64,000 nt of DNA from an uncultured Pseudomonadota bacterium (GTDB lineage Bacteria; Vulcanimicrobiota; Vulcanimicrobiia; Eremiobacterales; Eremiobacteraceae), in contig CAVTNB010000003.1 in assembly GCA_963736005.1 (NCBI GenBank), positions 224,001 through 288,000 on the forward strand, read 5' to 3'. The notes under the pieces are model-generated. The model was given only the letters and a program-made list of their open reading frames with translations, had not been told where the DNA came from and did no database searches. Shown here one piece after another: positions 55,844-64,000 of this stretch. The translations under genes were made by a program, and so were the position numbers. The stretch's first letter is position 1, and the number at the start of each line of letters is the position of its first letter.

Positions 55844-57267
55844 CCAGCGTCGCCGGCGTGAGCATCTCCTGGCCCGTGCTTGCACCCATCGTCGTGCTGA
55901 CCGTCGGCGGGTTGCTCATCATGATCGTCGATCTTCTGAGCCGATCGGCATCCAAGGCTTTGCTGTACGGGATTGGCATCTTGAGTTGCATCGGCGCCTT
56001 TGTCATGCTGCTACCGCTTCAAGGACAATCGACAACAACGCTTGCAGGAGCGTTCGCCAGCGATCGATTCTCGTGGCTTTTCGATATCGTCTTGCTGCTG
56101 ACACTCGCCATCACGTTCTTGCTCTCTTCGCTACAGAAGTCGGAAGATGGGGGCAGCCCCGGATCTTATGCTGCTCTGTTGGTCTTTTGCACGATCGGTG
56201 GCATGGTCATGGCTGGCGCAAATAACCTCATCATCATTTTCTTGGGGATCGAACAGCTTTCGTTGGCCCTCTACGTGCTCGCAGGCACGGGTTTTCCGCG
56301 TGAAGCATCGCAGGAAGCGGCGCTCAAATACGTTTTGCTTGGATCGCTCGCCTCAGGCTTCCTTATTTTTGGCTCAGCGCTTCTGTACGGATCCGCGGGT
56401 GGAGTTGGTCTCGCGGCGCTACGTACGGCGGCGGTGAATCCCAGCGGATTGTTCTTCATCGGCTTTGCGCTCTTTCTCGTGGGGCTCGCGTTCAAGCTCG
56501 CCCTCGCACCCTTTCATACGTGGGTGCCTGACGTCTACGAAGGCTCGCCACTCGCGATCACCGGCTTCATGGCGGTCGCGGTCAAGGCGGCCGCGTTTGC
56601 CGTGCTAGCCCGAATCGTGTATGTCGTTGTTGGCCATGACTCGGTCGCGCTCGTGCCGCTGTGGACCATCGCGATTCTGTCGATGCTCGTTGGCAATCTC
56701 GGCGCAATCCGCCAGCGCAATCTCAAGCGACTCTTAGGCTACTCGAGCATCGCGCAAGCCGGCTATCTTGTCGTCGCTTTCGCGGGCGTCAGTCGCGATG
56801 GGCTGAACGCCCTGTTGTTTTACCTCGTGGCATACGCCCTGACCACGCTCGGAGCATTCGCGGTGATGGCGTTGTTGGGCGATGGCTCCGATTCATACGC
56901 AAACCTCGAAGCGTACCGTGGCTTGCATTTTCGTCGACCCTGGCCGGCTGCGGCCATGGCGCTTTTCTTTTTCTCGCTCGCCGGGATACCAGCAACGGCT
57001 GGGTTCTATGGCAAGATCTTGCTGTTGGAACAAGGGCTGAGTGCGGGACCATGGGGTTTCGCGATGGCGATCGCGCTCGTTTTCGGCACGCTCGTGTCAT
57101 TCTATGTTTATGGCAAGGTTGTCTGGGACATGTACTCGTACGTCGAAGACGAAGCTGCGCAGCCCACTGGCAATTCGCTGGCACCGTGGGTGGCGGTAGC
57201 CGCGGGTGCGTTGGGCACGATCATGTTTGGCGTCTTGCCCCAGGCATTTCATATCCTACAAATGTAG
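55840..57267 (+). CDS. nuoN: NADH-quinone oxidoreductase subunit N
   Basis: EAALKY, FKLALAPFHTWVPDVYEGSP, KRLLGYSSIAQAGY, SLAGIPATAGF.GK. Confidence 0.95.
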   Translation: MTSVAGVSISWPVLAPIVVLTVGGLLIMIVDLLSRSASKALLYGIGILSCIGAFVMLLPLQGQSTTTLAGAFASDRFSWLFDIVLLLTLAITFLLSSLQKSEDGGSPGSYAALLVFCTIGGMVMAGANNLIIIFLGIEQLSLALYVLAGTGFPREASQEAALKYVLLGSLASGFLIFGSALLYGSAGGVGLAALRTAAVNPSGLFFIGFALFLVGLAFKLALAPFHTWVPDVYEGSPLAITGFMAVAVKAAAFAVLARIVYVVVGHDSVALVPLWTIAILSMLVGNLGAIRQRNLKRLLGYSSIAQAGYLVVAFAGVSRDGLNALLFYLVAYALTTLGAFAVMALLGDGSDSYANLEAYRGLHFRRPWPAAAMALFFFSLAGIPATAGFYGKILLLEQGLSAGPWGFAMAIALVFGTLVSFYVYGKVVWDMYSYVEDEAAQPTGNSLAPWVAVAAGALGTIMFGVLPQAFHILQM

Positions 57268-57323
57268 GGCGGATAATTCGTCGTCGCTTTCGCTGGCTGT
57301 TTTGCCGCTCATGAGGTCACGTT

Positions 57324-57701
57324 TTGAGACTGCGTCCGCTGGTTGCCTTGCTCGCCATGCTGGCAATCGGCGCGTGTTCATCGCTCGTCAGGCACGCTGC
57401 GCAAGAGCTTGCACCGACTCCGCTCCCCATTGCAACCGGGGACTACCCGATGCTCGGCCATGCTGCAGATTTCTCGTGGATTGCCGGCAGGCTGGAGCGC
57501 AGTCTTTCCTGTACGTATCTGCGTTTTGGTTCGCCAAAGCGTGCGCCATGGGGCGGACGGATCGCGCTCGGGGCTACGCCAGATCAAGTCGGCCGATTAC
57601 CCGATGGCGACACCGTCGTAGTGAAAGGCGACCTCACACCCATCGCGTACGGCACGTGCGGGTCACCATCGTATCTTATGCGCTCGATCGAGGAGCATTA
57701 G
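57324..57701 (+). CDS. Hypothetical lipoprotein
   Basis: Lipobox IGAC after a hydrophobic signal. Confidence 0.6.
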   Translation: MRLRPLVALLAMLAIGACSSLVRHAAQELAPTPLPIATGDYPMLGHAADFSWIAGRLERSLSCTYLRFGSPKRAPWGGRIALGATPDQVGRLPDGDTVVVKGDLTPIAYGTCGSPSYLMRSIEEH

Positions 57702-57709
57702 AGAGGCCC

Positions 57710-58156
57710 TTACGTGCTGGTCGGGGCTGGCACGTTGCGGTGATGGTGGTGCGTGCCTGTCATCGTCCCTGACGAGTTGCTCATCGAGTTTGTCATGCTC
57801 CCACCGTTGCCACCGCCGGCGAGGTGATAGCCGTGTGCGTTCGCCGCTGCCATGCACATATATTGACCGTTCTTGGTGCGCCCGTACCAAGGATCGCCTT
57901 GCTCGTGGTACACATGGGTATTGAGATTGACCCACACAATTTGACTCTTGCAATCAAGATTTGCGGGAATGGGCGCCGCTTGCCCCGCAGCTCCGTTCAT
58001 GGCTTGGCCAGCTGCGTTCGCAGCTTGGCCAGTCGCCGTCGCGGTGCTGTTGGCTGCGTTTTGTCCGCTGCCTCCACCACCGCAACCGCTCGCCACCACT
58101 CCCACACAGAGGAGCACGACGGTGAGAAGCGGAGCGGAAAACTTGCGCTGAAACAT
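57710..58156 (-). CDS. Lipoprotein with small VWVN...YH...WYG.TK.G.YMC domain
   Basis: Lipobox ASGC, Ala/Gly/Asn linker, compact aromatic-rich domain, His-rich tail. Confidence 0.7.
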   Translation of the reverse strand: MFQRKFSAPLLTVVLLCVGVVASGCGGGGSGQNAANSTATATGQAANAAGQAMNGAAGQAAPIPANLDCKSQIVWVNLNTHVYHEQGDPWYGRTKNGQYMCMAAANAHGYHLAGGGNGGSMTNSMSNSSGTMTGTHHHHRNVPAPTST

Positions 58157-58314
58157 CGAGTTTCCTTTCCATGGGGGATGAAACGAAAAGTCTTCGCGAT
58201 AGGGAATCGCGAGTGCTCGGTGGTTTGCGCCGGCAACGTCAATCCCCTGGCCAGCGACCGAGGTGCAAACGCCCTCGGGGAAAAATACGAGCGGACTAAA
58301 AGGAGGGTTCCTTA

Positions 58315-58554
58315 ATGGTTAATCGCGCACAATTTCTCGCCACGATGATCGCGCTTGCGAGCGCAGCGTTCGGCGTTATCGCAGCGCTTGCATGGAACAC
58401 CGCTATCTCCGATCTTATCAAGCAGCTGCTTCCAGGCGGCAAAGGAATCGGCCCGGAGTTCATTTACGCCGCGATTGTCACGGTGATTGGCGTCCTCGTC
58501 ATGGTCAGTCTTGGCAAACTCGCGGAGAAAACCGGCGAAAAAAGCGCCATATAG
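58315..58554 (+). CDS. DUF5654 family small membrane protein
   Basis: AFG..AALAWN.AI, F.YA.IVT; AGGAGG RBS. Confidence 0.8.
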   Translation: MVNRAQFLATMIALASAAFGVIAALAWNTAISDLIKQLLPGGKGIGPEFIYAAIVTVIGVLVMVSLGKLAEKTGEKSAI

Positions 58555-58648
58555 AATTCCCATGTCCCTGTGTTTGCTGCTACATTTGCATGTCCCGAAG
58601 GGGCGTCAAACAGGTGGCGCTTCCTTCGCGACCTAATCTGAAACGTGA

Positions 58649-59506
58649 ATGTTAGTGCTGGCACTAATCGCCGCCGTTTTACTGGCGATGCCTTCTGCTG
58701 TGGCAGACCTACCGCAAGCCTCTCCATCGCCCGCCTCACCCGTCCGCAGGGTCGGCGAGAAACTCGACTACAGTTTGCACGCGGTGCTCTCTCAGTCGAT
58801 CGCGGGGAAAGACGCATTCGGGAAAGCGATCAACCAATCGTTGTCTCCCACGAACGTCAAAGGCTTCGAAAGTATCGTCGTCACGAAGATCAACGCCGAG
58901 GGCGTAACGCTCCATCGGCTCGGCACGATCACCGCCACGGTTGATGATGCGAAAGCGGTAACGAAGCCCGGACAGGGTTGGTCGCTCGTCGATGCGCAAG
59001 GCAGAGTCGTGCGCGATTCTGGCAAACTCGGCGGTCTGTTTCTCTTACCGCTTCCCTTCCTCGGTGAGTTAGCTGTCAAAGCTGGTAACGATTTGGCAAT
59101 CGGCGACCAGTGGTCTGGCAAGCTGGGCACAAAACTCTATGGCATGACCTCCCAGCCAGAGCTGCATTTTATCGTTAGCGGCACCCGTTCGGTTCTGGGC
59201 GTTCACGTCTTCACGATCGCGGCAACCGGTACGGTCACGATGAAAGAGCCTGTCATGACCGCGTCCGGCGAAGCCCTCGGCTATGCAGCCGGCACCGCAC
59301 ACATCAGCGCAGAACTCGACTACGATCGAGACAACCGCCGGCTTGTTTCCATGCAGGCCGTCGTGCAAGATACAATGCATTACAGCGGATTCTCAAAGCA
59401 CGCCGGCGGCACCGTTCATGACAACCAAAATTGCTCGGTGGCGCTCGACCCCGCGTCGATGACCCGGACGCTCGGAGGCGCCGACCCACCCGGCCCACCG
59501 CGTTAG
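58649..59506 (+). CDS. Hypothetical exported protein
   Basis: Signal peptide ending AVA-D; beta-rich mature part. Confidence 0.65.
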   Translation: MLVLALIAAVLLAMPSAVADLPQASPSPASPVRRVGEKLDYSLHAVLSQSIAGKDAFGKAINQSLSPTNVKGFESIVVTKINAEGVTLHRLGTITATVDDAKAVTKPGQGWSLVDAQGRVVRDSGKLGGLFLLPLPFLGELAVKAGNDLAIGDQWSGKLGTKLYGMTSQPELHFIVSGTRSVLGVHVFTIAATGTVTMKEPVMTASGEALGYAAGTAHISAELDYDRDNRRLVSMQAVVQDTMHYSGFSKHAGGTVHDNQNCSVALDPASMTRTLGGADPPGPPR

Positions 59507-59546
59507 CGCCCAGACTGGTCTTGGCGGCCTCACGGCCGCGCTGAAA

Positions 59547-61019
59547 TTACGGCTTGGCTATACCCGTCTGTTGGGCCGCCTTGCGTTCCTCGCTGTTGCG
59601 GAAACCATACAGGAAGTACACGGCAAGCCCCACCAGCATCCAAATGCCAAAAACTTCACGCGTCAGTGGCTGCGATCCCAAAAATGCCAGCAACACAGCC
59701 GACGCGACGGCCAGTATGGGCACGAGCGGCACAAACGGCGTGCGGAAGGTGCGCGGCCGGTTGGGTTGTGTTTTGCGCAGCACGAGCAATCCGATCGCGA
59801 CGAAGATGAATGCGCTGAGCGTTCCAAGATTCACGAGATCCAGCTCCCACGTGAGCGGAACGAATCCTGCCACCAAACCAACAATGAGTCCGGTGATCAT
59901 GGTCATTCGAGCGGGCGTGCGAAAGCGCGGGTGAATGACGGCCACGCTCTTCGGCAAGAGACCGTCTCGTGCCATCACAAAGAAGATGCGGCTTTGGCCC
60001 AACAAGCCGGTCAGAATGACCGATGACGTGCCGATCACCGCGCCCGCGATCGTTAACCACGCCCAGCCGCCTTTTCCGACGAACTCCAAAGCGCTCGCAA
60101 GCGGCGTCGCCACATTGATCGCCTGCGAGGGTTGCATGCCCGTAAGCACAATGGCGATGGAGACGTAGAAGAGCGTTCCCAAAGCCAACGAACCCATGAC
60201 GCCCTTAGGCACGTCGCGTTGTGGATCTTTTGCTTCTTCTGCGGCCGTGGTCACCGCGTCGAAGCCGATAAACGCGAAGAAGACGATGAACGCACCGGGG
60301 ATGACGCCAATCGTTCCGATGGCTGAGTGCGTGAGCCACCCGTGCGGCAAGAACGGATGCCAATTCATTGCGTGCACGAAGGGCAGTCCGATGATGATAA
60401 ACGCCACAAGCACGCCCATCTTGAGCACGACCAAGATCGAGTTTGTTCCGGCAGATTCTTTAATGCCGATCGCAAGCAAGACCGAGAACGCGATGACCGA
60501 GAGAAAGGCGATGACGTCGAAGTACGTGTGAGCCCCGGTATCATAAGCACCGGTCGCCCACAAGGGAAGATGTAATCCAACCGAGGCGAGAAAGTTTTGA
60601 ATGTTAGCTGAGAAGGTACTCGCAACCGGCGCCGATGCCATGCCATACTCCCAAATCAGGTTCCATCCAATGATCCAAGCCATGAGCTCGCCGACCGTTG
60701 CATACGTGTAGGTATACGCACTGCCGGCGACTCGCACCATTGAGGCAATTTCCGCGTAGCACAGAGCAGCAAACGCGCTGATCACAGCGGCGATCAAGAA
60801 CGATATGATGACGGCGGGACCCGCCTTGTTGTGCGCCCCATCGCCAATCGTAGCAAAGATGCCCGCGCCAACCATATTGCCGAGGCCGATGGCGATCAGC
60901 GCCCACGGACCTAACGCGCGCCGCAGCGTGAGCCCTGGCGCGTCGTGTTCTTCTTGCGCCAGTGCGCTCATCGAACGCGTGATGAACAATCCCGTACCTT
61001 TTTGCTGTGCAGCGTCCAT
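59547..61019 (-). CDS. APC family amino acid permease
   Basis: GNMVGAGIF, AGPA, CYAEIAS, GSAYTY, FFAFIGFD, MARDGLLP; AAGGAAG RBS before ATG 61019. Confidence 0.93.
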   Translation of the reverse strand: MDAAQQKGTGLFITRSMSALAQEEHDAPGLTLRRALGPWALIAIGLGNMVGAGIFATIGDGAHNKAGPAVIISFLIAAVISAFAALCYAEIASMVRVAGSAYTYTYATVGELMAWIIGWNLIWEYGMASAPVASTFSANIQNFLASVGLHLPLWATGAYDTGAHTYFDVIAFLSVIAFSVLLAIGIKESAGTNSILVVLKMGVLVAFIIIGLPFVHAMNWHPFLPHGWLTHSAIGTIGVIPGAFIVFFAFIGFDAVTTAAEEAKDPQRDVPKGVMGSLALGTLFYVSIAIVLTGMQPSQAINVATPLASALEFVGKGGWAWLTIAGAVIGTSSVILTGLLGQSRIFFVMARDGLLPKSVAVIHPRFRTPARMTMITGLIVGLVAGFVPLTWELDLVNLGTLSAFIFVAIGLLVLRKTQPNRPRTFRTPFVPLVPILAVASAVLLAFLGSQPLTREVFGIWMLVGLAVYFLYGFRNSEERKAAQQTGIAKP

Positions 61020-61030
61020 CGATCTTCCTT

Positions 61031-61540
61031 CTATGCGGCAGCGTCTTTGGGCGAAAGAATCGGCTCGCCTTCTAGCGGCCAGATGATGCCGACCTGCGGA
61101 TCGCGCCAACTCAAGACGCGCTCGGTTGTCGGGTCGTACAGAGCGTTCATTTTATAGTGAACGATCGTCTCTTCGCTCTGCGCCAGAAAGCCGTGCGCAA
61201 AACCGCGAGGGACGTAGAGTTGGTGGTGGTTGTCCGCCGTCAGTTCGAACCCTTGCCAGCGCCGGTAGGTGGGTGAGTCCTCACGCACGTCCACGATGAC
61301 GTCGAAAATACGGCCCAGCAAGACCTGGACGAATTTGGCCATTCGCATATCGTAGTGCATGCCGCGTAGAACGTTACGTTTGGAATGAGAAACGCTATCC
61401 TGCACCCAGAGATCGTGCAAGCCCAGCGCGGCGTATTTCTCCGTGGAGAAGCTTTCTTTGAAGTAACCCCGCGCATCGTGGTAAACGTCGGGAATGAAAA
61501 GCTTCGCCTCGGCAAAATCTGTGTCGCGGACCTGAATCAT
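61031..61540 (-). CDS. rfbC: dTDP-4-dehydrorhamnose 3,5-epimerase
   Basis: DARGYF.E, VLRGMHY, DVIVDVREDSPT, YVPRGFAHGF, LSPKD. Confidence 0.93.
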   Translation of the reverse strand: MIQVRDTDFAEAKLFIPDVYHDARGYFKESFSTEKYAALGLHDLWVQDSVSHSKRNVLRGMHYDMRMAKFVQVLLGRIFDVIVDVREDSPTYRRWQGFELTADNHHQLYVPRGFAHGFLAQSEETIVHYKMNALYDPTTERVLSWRDPQVGIIWPLEGEPILSPKDAAA

Positions 61541-61613
61541 TTCGCGCCAAATTCGCACAAGATGCTCGCTTTCCCGCATGGAGATTTGCCGGTCGGCTCG
61601 AACTCGAACCCAA

Positions 61614-63185
61614 ATGACAGCCGTGCCTTTTGGCCGTGCGCGCGAGAGGCGACTATCGGATCCGCTTCGCGCCGCCTTGCTGGCCTCAACTCTTGCTTTT
61701 CTCATCTCTGGATGCGGAGGCGGGGCCGGTATTGCTCCCTTCCCCAAAGGTCCAAGTAACTTCCCGAGTCCCCAAGCTTCCGACGTCTTGCGGTTATCGA
61801 CGGACATTTTTTCGAACGGTTCAAGCCAACACGCAACGGAGGTTGAGCCCTCCGCGGTTTCGTTTGGTTCGACGATCGTCGCTGCATTTCAATCGGGCCG
61901 TTTCTTTAATGCGGGCTCGTCGGATATCGCGTTTGCAACTTCTCACGATGGCGGCATGACCTGGTTGGACGGCGTGCTCCCGGGAACGACAAATATCGTG
62001 CAGCCGGGCAGCGCCTTTGACAGCATCAGTGATCCCTCGGTGGCGTACGACGCGCTGCACGGAGTGTGGTTGATTGCGGGGCTACCCGTTATTTTTAGCG
62101 GGGCACCCGCTCCTGCCGCCGTTGTCAGCCGTTCGAGCGACGGGTTCAGCTGGAGCAATCCGATCAGCATCGCGCCTAATCAAACCTCGAGCGACAAGGA
62201 TTGGATCGCTTGCGATGATTCGCCCGGAAGCCCATACTACGGACATTGCTACGTCGAATGGGATAACTCAGCCACGAACGGCACGATCCTCATGAGCACG
62301 TCGGTCGACGGGGGACTGACTTGGGGCCCACCCTTAGCCACGGCGAACAACGCGACTGGCATCGGCGGACAGCCCGTGGTGCTACCGAACGGTCGCGTCG
62401 TCGTTCCCGTTGATGACTATAACGAGTTTAACGTGCTCTCGTTCGTGTCGACCAACGGTGGGGCGAGTTGGAATGCCGCGATCGTTGCAGCATCCATCTC
62501 CGACCACTTCGAAGCCGCCAATCTGCGCAGCGCTCCATTACCTTCTGCAGCGGTTGACGCCGGCGGAACCGTCTACCTCGTTTGGCAAGACTGCCGCTTT
62601 CGAAACCAATGCGCGGAAAATGACATCGTGCTGAGCACCTCGAGCGATGGCGGCAGCTGGACTGCGCCCACGCGCGTACCGATTGACGCGCAAACGAGCG
62701 CTGTCGATCACTTTCTCCCAGGCATTCGAGTGGCGCCTCTCACCGCGGGTCCGAGCGCGCACCTCGGCATCACCTATTACTATTACCCCAACACCGCATG
62801 CGCGCCGGCGAATTGCGCGCTCGATGTGGGGTATATTTCGTCTTTGGATGGTGGATCAACGTGGAGCAATCCGGTTTTTTTGAGTGGCCCCATGAGCGTG
62901 CAATGGCTCGCGCAAACCAACATTGGAGCGATGGTGGGCGACTATACGACGACCGTGTTCGCGGGAAATCAACCCTACGGCATCTTCGCTCTTGCGCACC
63001 AGCCATCGGGCGAACTCAACGAGGCGATGTACATCACTAAGGCCGGGACGATTGCCCTCGCTACCGGCCGGCGAAGTTCATTTGGTGAGCGAGCTATCCC
63101 GGGAGCGCACTCGGATCACCCGCCGAGGAAGCCGCCGCCCCCCGAATCGATGAATGTTCTCGCCAATCCATTGGGCGGCGATTAG
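61614..63185 (+). CDS. BNR/Asp-box (sialidase-like) lipoprotein
   Basis: Repeated S.DGG.TW boxes, SDPSVAYD, DKDWI, GDY; lipobox ISGC. Confidence 0.85.
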   Translation: MTAVPFGRARERRLSDPLRAALLASTLAFLISGCGGGAGIAPFPKGPSNFPSPQASDVLRLSTDIFSNGSSQHATEVEPSAVSFGSTIVAAFQSGRFFNAGSSDIAFATSHDGGMTWLDGVLPGTTNIVQPGSAFDSISDPSVAYDALHGVWLIAGLPVIFSGAPAPAAVVSRSSDGFSWSNPISIAPNQTSSDKDWIACDDSPGSPYYGHCYVEWDNSATNGTILMSTSVDGGLTWGPPLATANNATGIGGQPVVLPNGRVVVPVDDYNEFNVLSFVSTNGGASWNAAIVAASISDHFEAANLRSAPLPSAAVDAGGTVYLVWQDCRFRNQCAENDIVLSTSSDGGSWTAPTRVPIDAQTSAVDHFLPGIRVAPLTAGPSAHLGITYYYYPNTACAPANCALDVGYISSLDGGSTWSNPVFLSGPMSVQWLAQTNIGAMVGDYTTTVFAGNQPYGIFALAHQPSGELNEAMYITKAGTIALATGRRSSFGERAIPGAHSDHPPRKPPPPESMNVLANPLGGD

Positions 63186-63186
63186 T

Positions 63187-64000
63187 CTATGGGGCGCTCA
63201 TCGTGTACGACGGTCCGCTCGTGTAAGGACTTGTGAACGGGGAGCCGGTAAACGGGTTGGCTGCATAGGGTGAACCAGAAAATGGGCTGGCGTTGAACGG
63301 GCTCGAATAGGGCAAGCTGCCATACGGTGAGGCGCTCGGGAGCGCAGCGTACGGCAAGGCGGTGTACGGCGTGCCCGAATACGGAGAACCGGTAAATGGG
63401 TTCACATATTGGAGTCCGTTGCTGAAGTGATCCATGTAAAAACGGCCGTTACTGAAGGGCGTGTTGGTGAAACCGCCAGTATAGAAACTATCGAACGAAA
63501 ATCGCGAGCTCGGTTCGTAGCCCACAGACGTCGGCAATGAGCCGGTATACGGAGTGCCGTACGTGGCCAAGTTGCGCGACCGATAGGCTTGCACGTAGAG
63601 CACGTGCTGAATTTGGGTGGCGTCGAGCAACAGGCGTTGCGCGCGTGGATCGGTCACACAGCTCAGCGCCGGCGAGCTCTGTCCCTTCCAACTGATGGTG
63701 ATCGATGCGTTCACTTCGACCGTCGTGGGCGCATTCTCATCGGCACTGCTCGTGCATGGTCTGCCAGAAAGTTGCCCGAGGGGACCAACCGATGCGAGAT
63801 CGTCAAAAAACTTTTCCACGACGTCGGATTGCAATTGCGCGGATGAGTGGCCGGCACCATCGATTGAAATCGCGCGACCATCTGGATTCACAACGATGCG
63901 AAACCCTGCATAGTCACCGGACCCAGGATTGTAGATCATCGCCGCGTTCGCGGGCATCGGCAGGGTGGGGACGTTTGAAGCCCCTAAGAACGCGATCGCC
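63187..64000 (-). CDS. Hypothetical exported protein with S/T-P-F/Y low-complexity tail; 5' end beyond the window
   Basis: Frame stays open upstream of 63957 (AIAFLGASNVPTLP); C-terminal xP[FY]xx repeats. Confidence 0.65.
   Translation of the reverse strand, partial: AIAFLGASNVPTLPMPANAAMIYNPGSGDYAGFRIVVNPDGRAISIDGAGHSSAQLQSDVVEKFFDDLASVGPLGQLSGRPCTSSADENAPTTVEVNASITISWKGQSSPALSCVTDPRAQRLLLDATQIQHVLYVQAYRSRNLATYGTPYTGSLPTSVGYEPSSRFSFDSFYTGGFTNTPFSNGRFYMDHFSNGLQYVNPFTGSPYSGTPYTALPYAALPSASPYGSLPYSSPFNASPFSGSPYAANPFTGSPFTSPYTSGPSYTMSAP

Noticed and set aside
58190..58280. Riboswitch or ncRNA in the structured gap upstream of the DUF5654 gene
   Set aside because: Hairpins exist (TCGCGAT/ATCGCGA, CCGAGG/CCTCGG) but I recognise no known riboswitch consensus; an Infernal/Rfam search is needed.
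58576..58588. REP copy (minus-strand CAAATGTAGCAGC)
   Set aside because: Leader only, with no palindrome following; at most a remnant.

Overview
This GC-rich bacterial window is mostly housekeeping genes. The gene content suggests an aerobic, diderm soil lineage; Eremiobacterota/Vulcanimicrobiota is a guess only. In order it holds: a GT2 glycosyltransferase (cut by the left edge), a charge-segregated disordered protein, a Bcp/PrxQ peroxiredoxin, glcDEF, a GAF-GGDEF-HD-GYP protein, MarC/PCD, two MFS transporters, a BoxB-like epoxidase/crotonase/PaaX/3-hydroxyacyl-CoA dehydrogenase module, Uma2, MsrB, a tandem Tmk-like kinase pair with DUF72, mutY-nth, GGR and kynureninase-like genes, a multi-GAF diguanylate cyclase, SirB1-pepP-amidohydrolase, TonB, VOC, two large TPR proteins, trxB, cysteine synthase, a complete nuoA-N operon, lipoproteins, an APC permease, rfbC and a BNR protein. 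Two signals stand out. (1) The peroxiredoxin has an in-frame TGA exactly at the peroxidatic Cys, followed by a bacterial SECIS-like hairpin, so it is probably a selenoprotein that the ORF track splits. (2) A family of GTAG-tagged REP palindromes (three sequence types) forms intergenic arrays and has also entered essential genes. A 60-nt inverted REP doublet is translated in frame inside nuoG, a REP cluster encodes the NuoM C-terminal tail, and the GTAG tag supplies the TAG stop codon of glcF, trxB and probably nuoN. No REP transposase, RNA gene or CRISPR array is visible.
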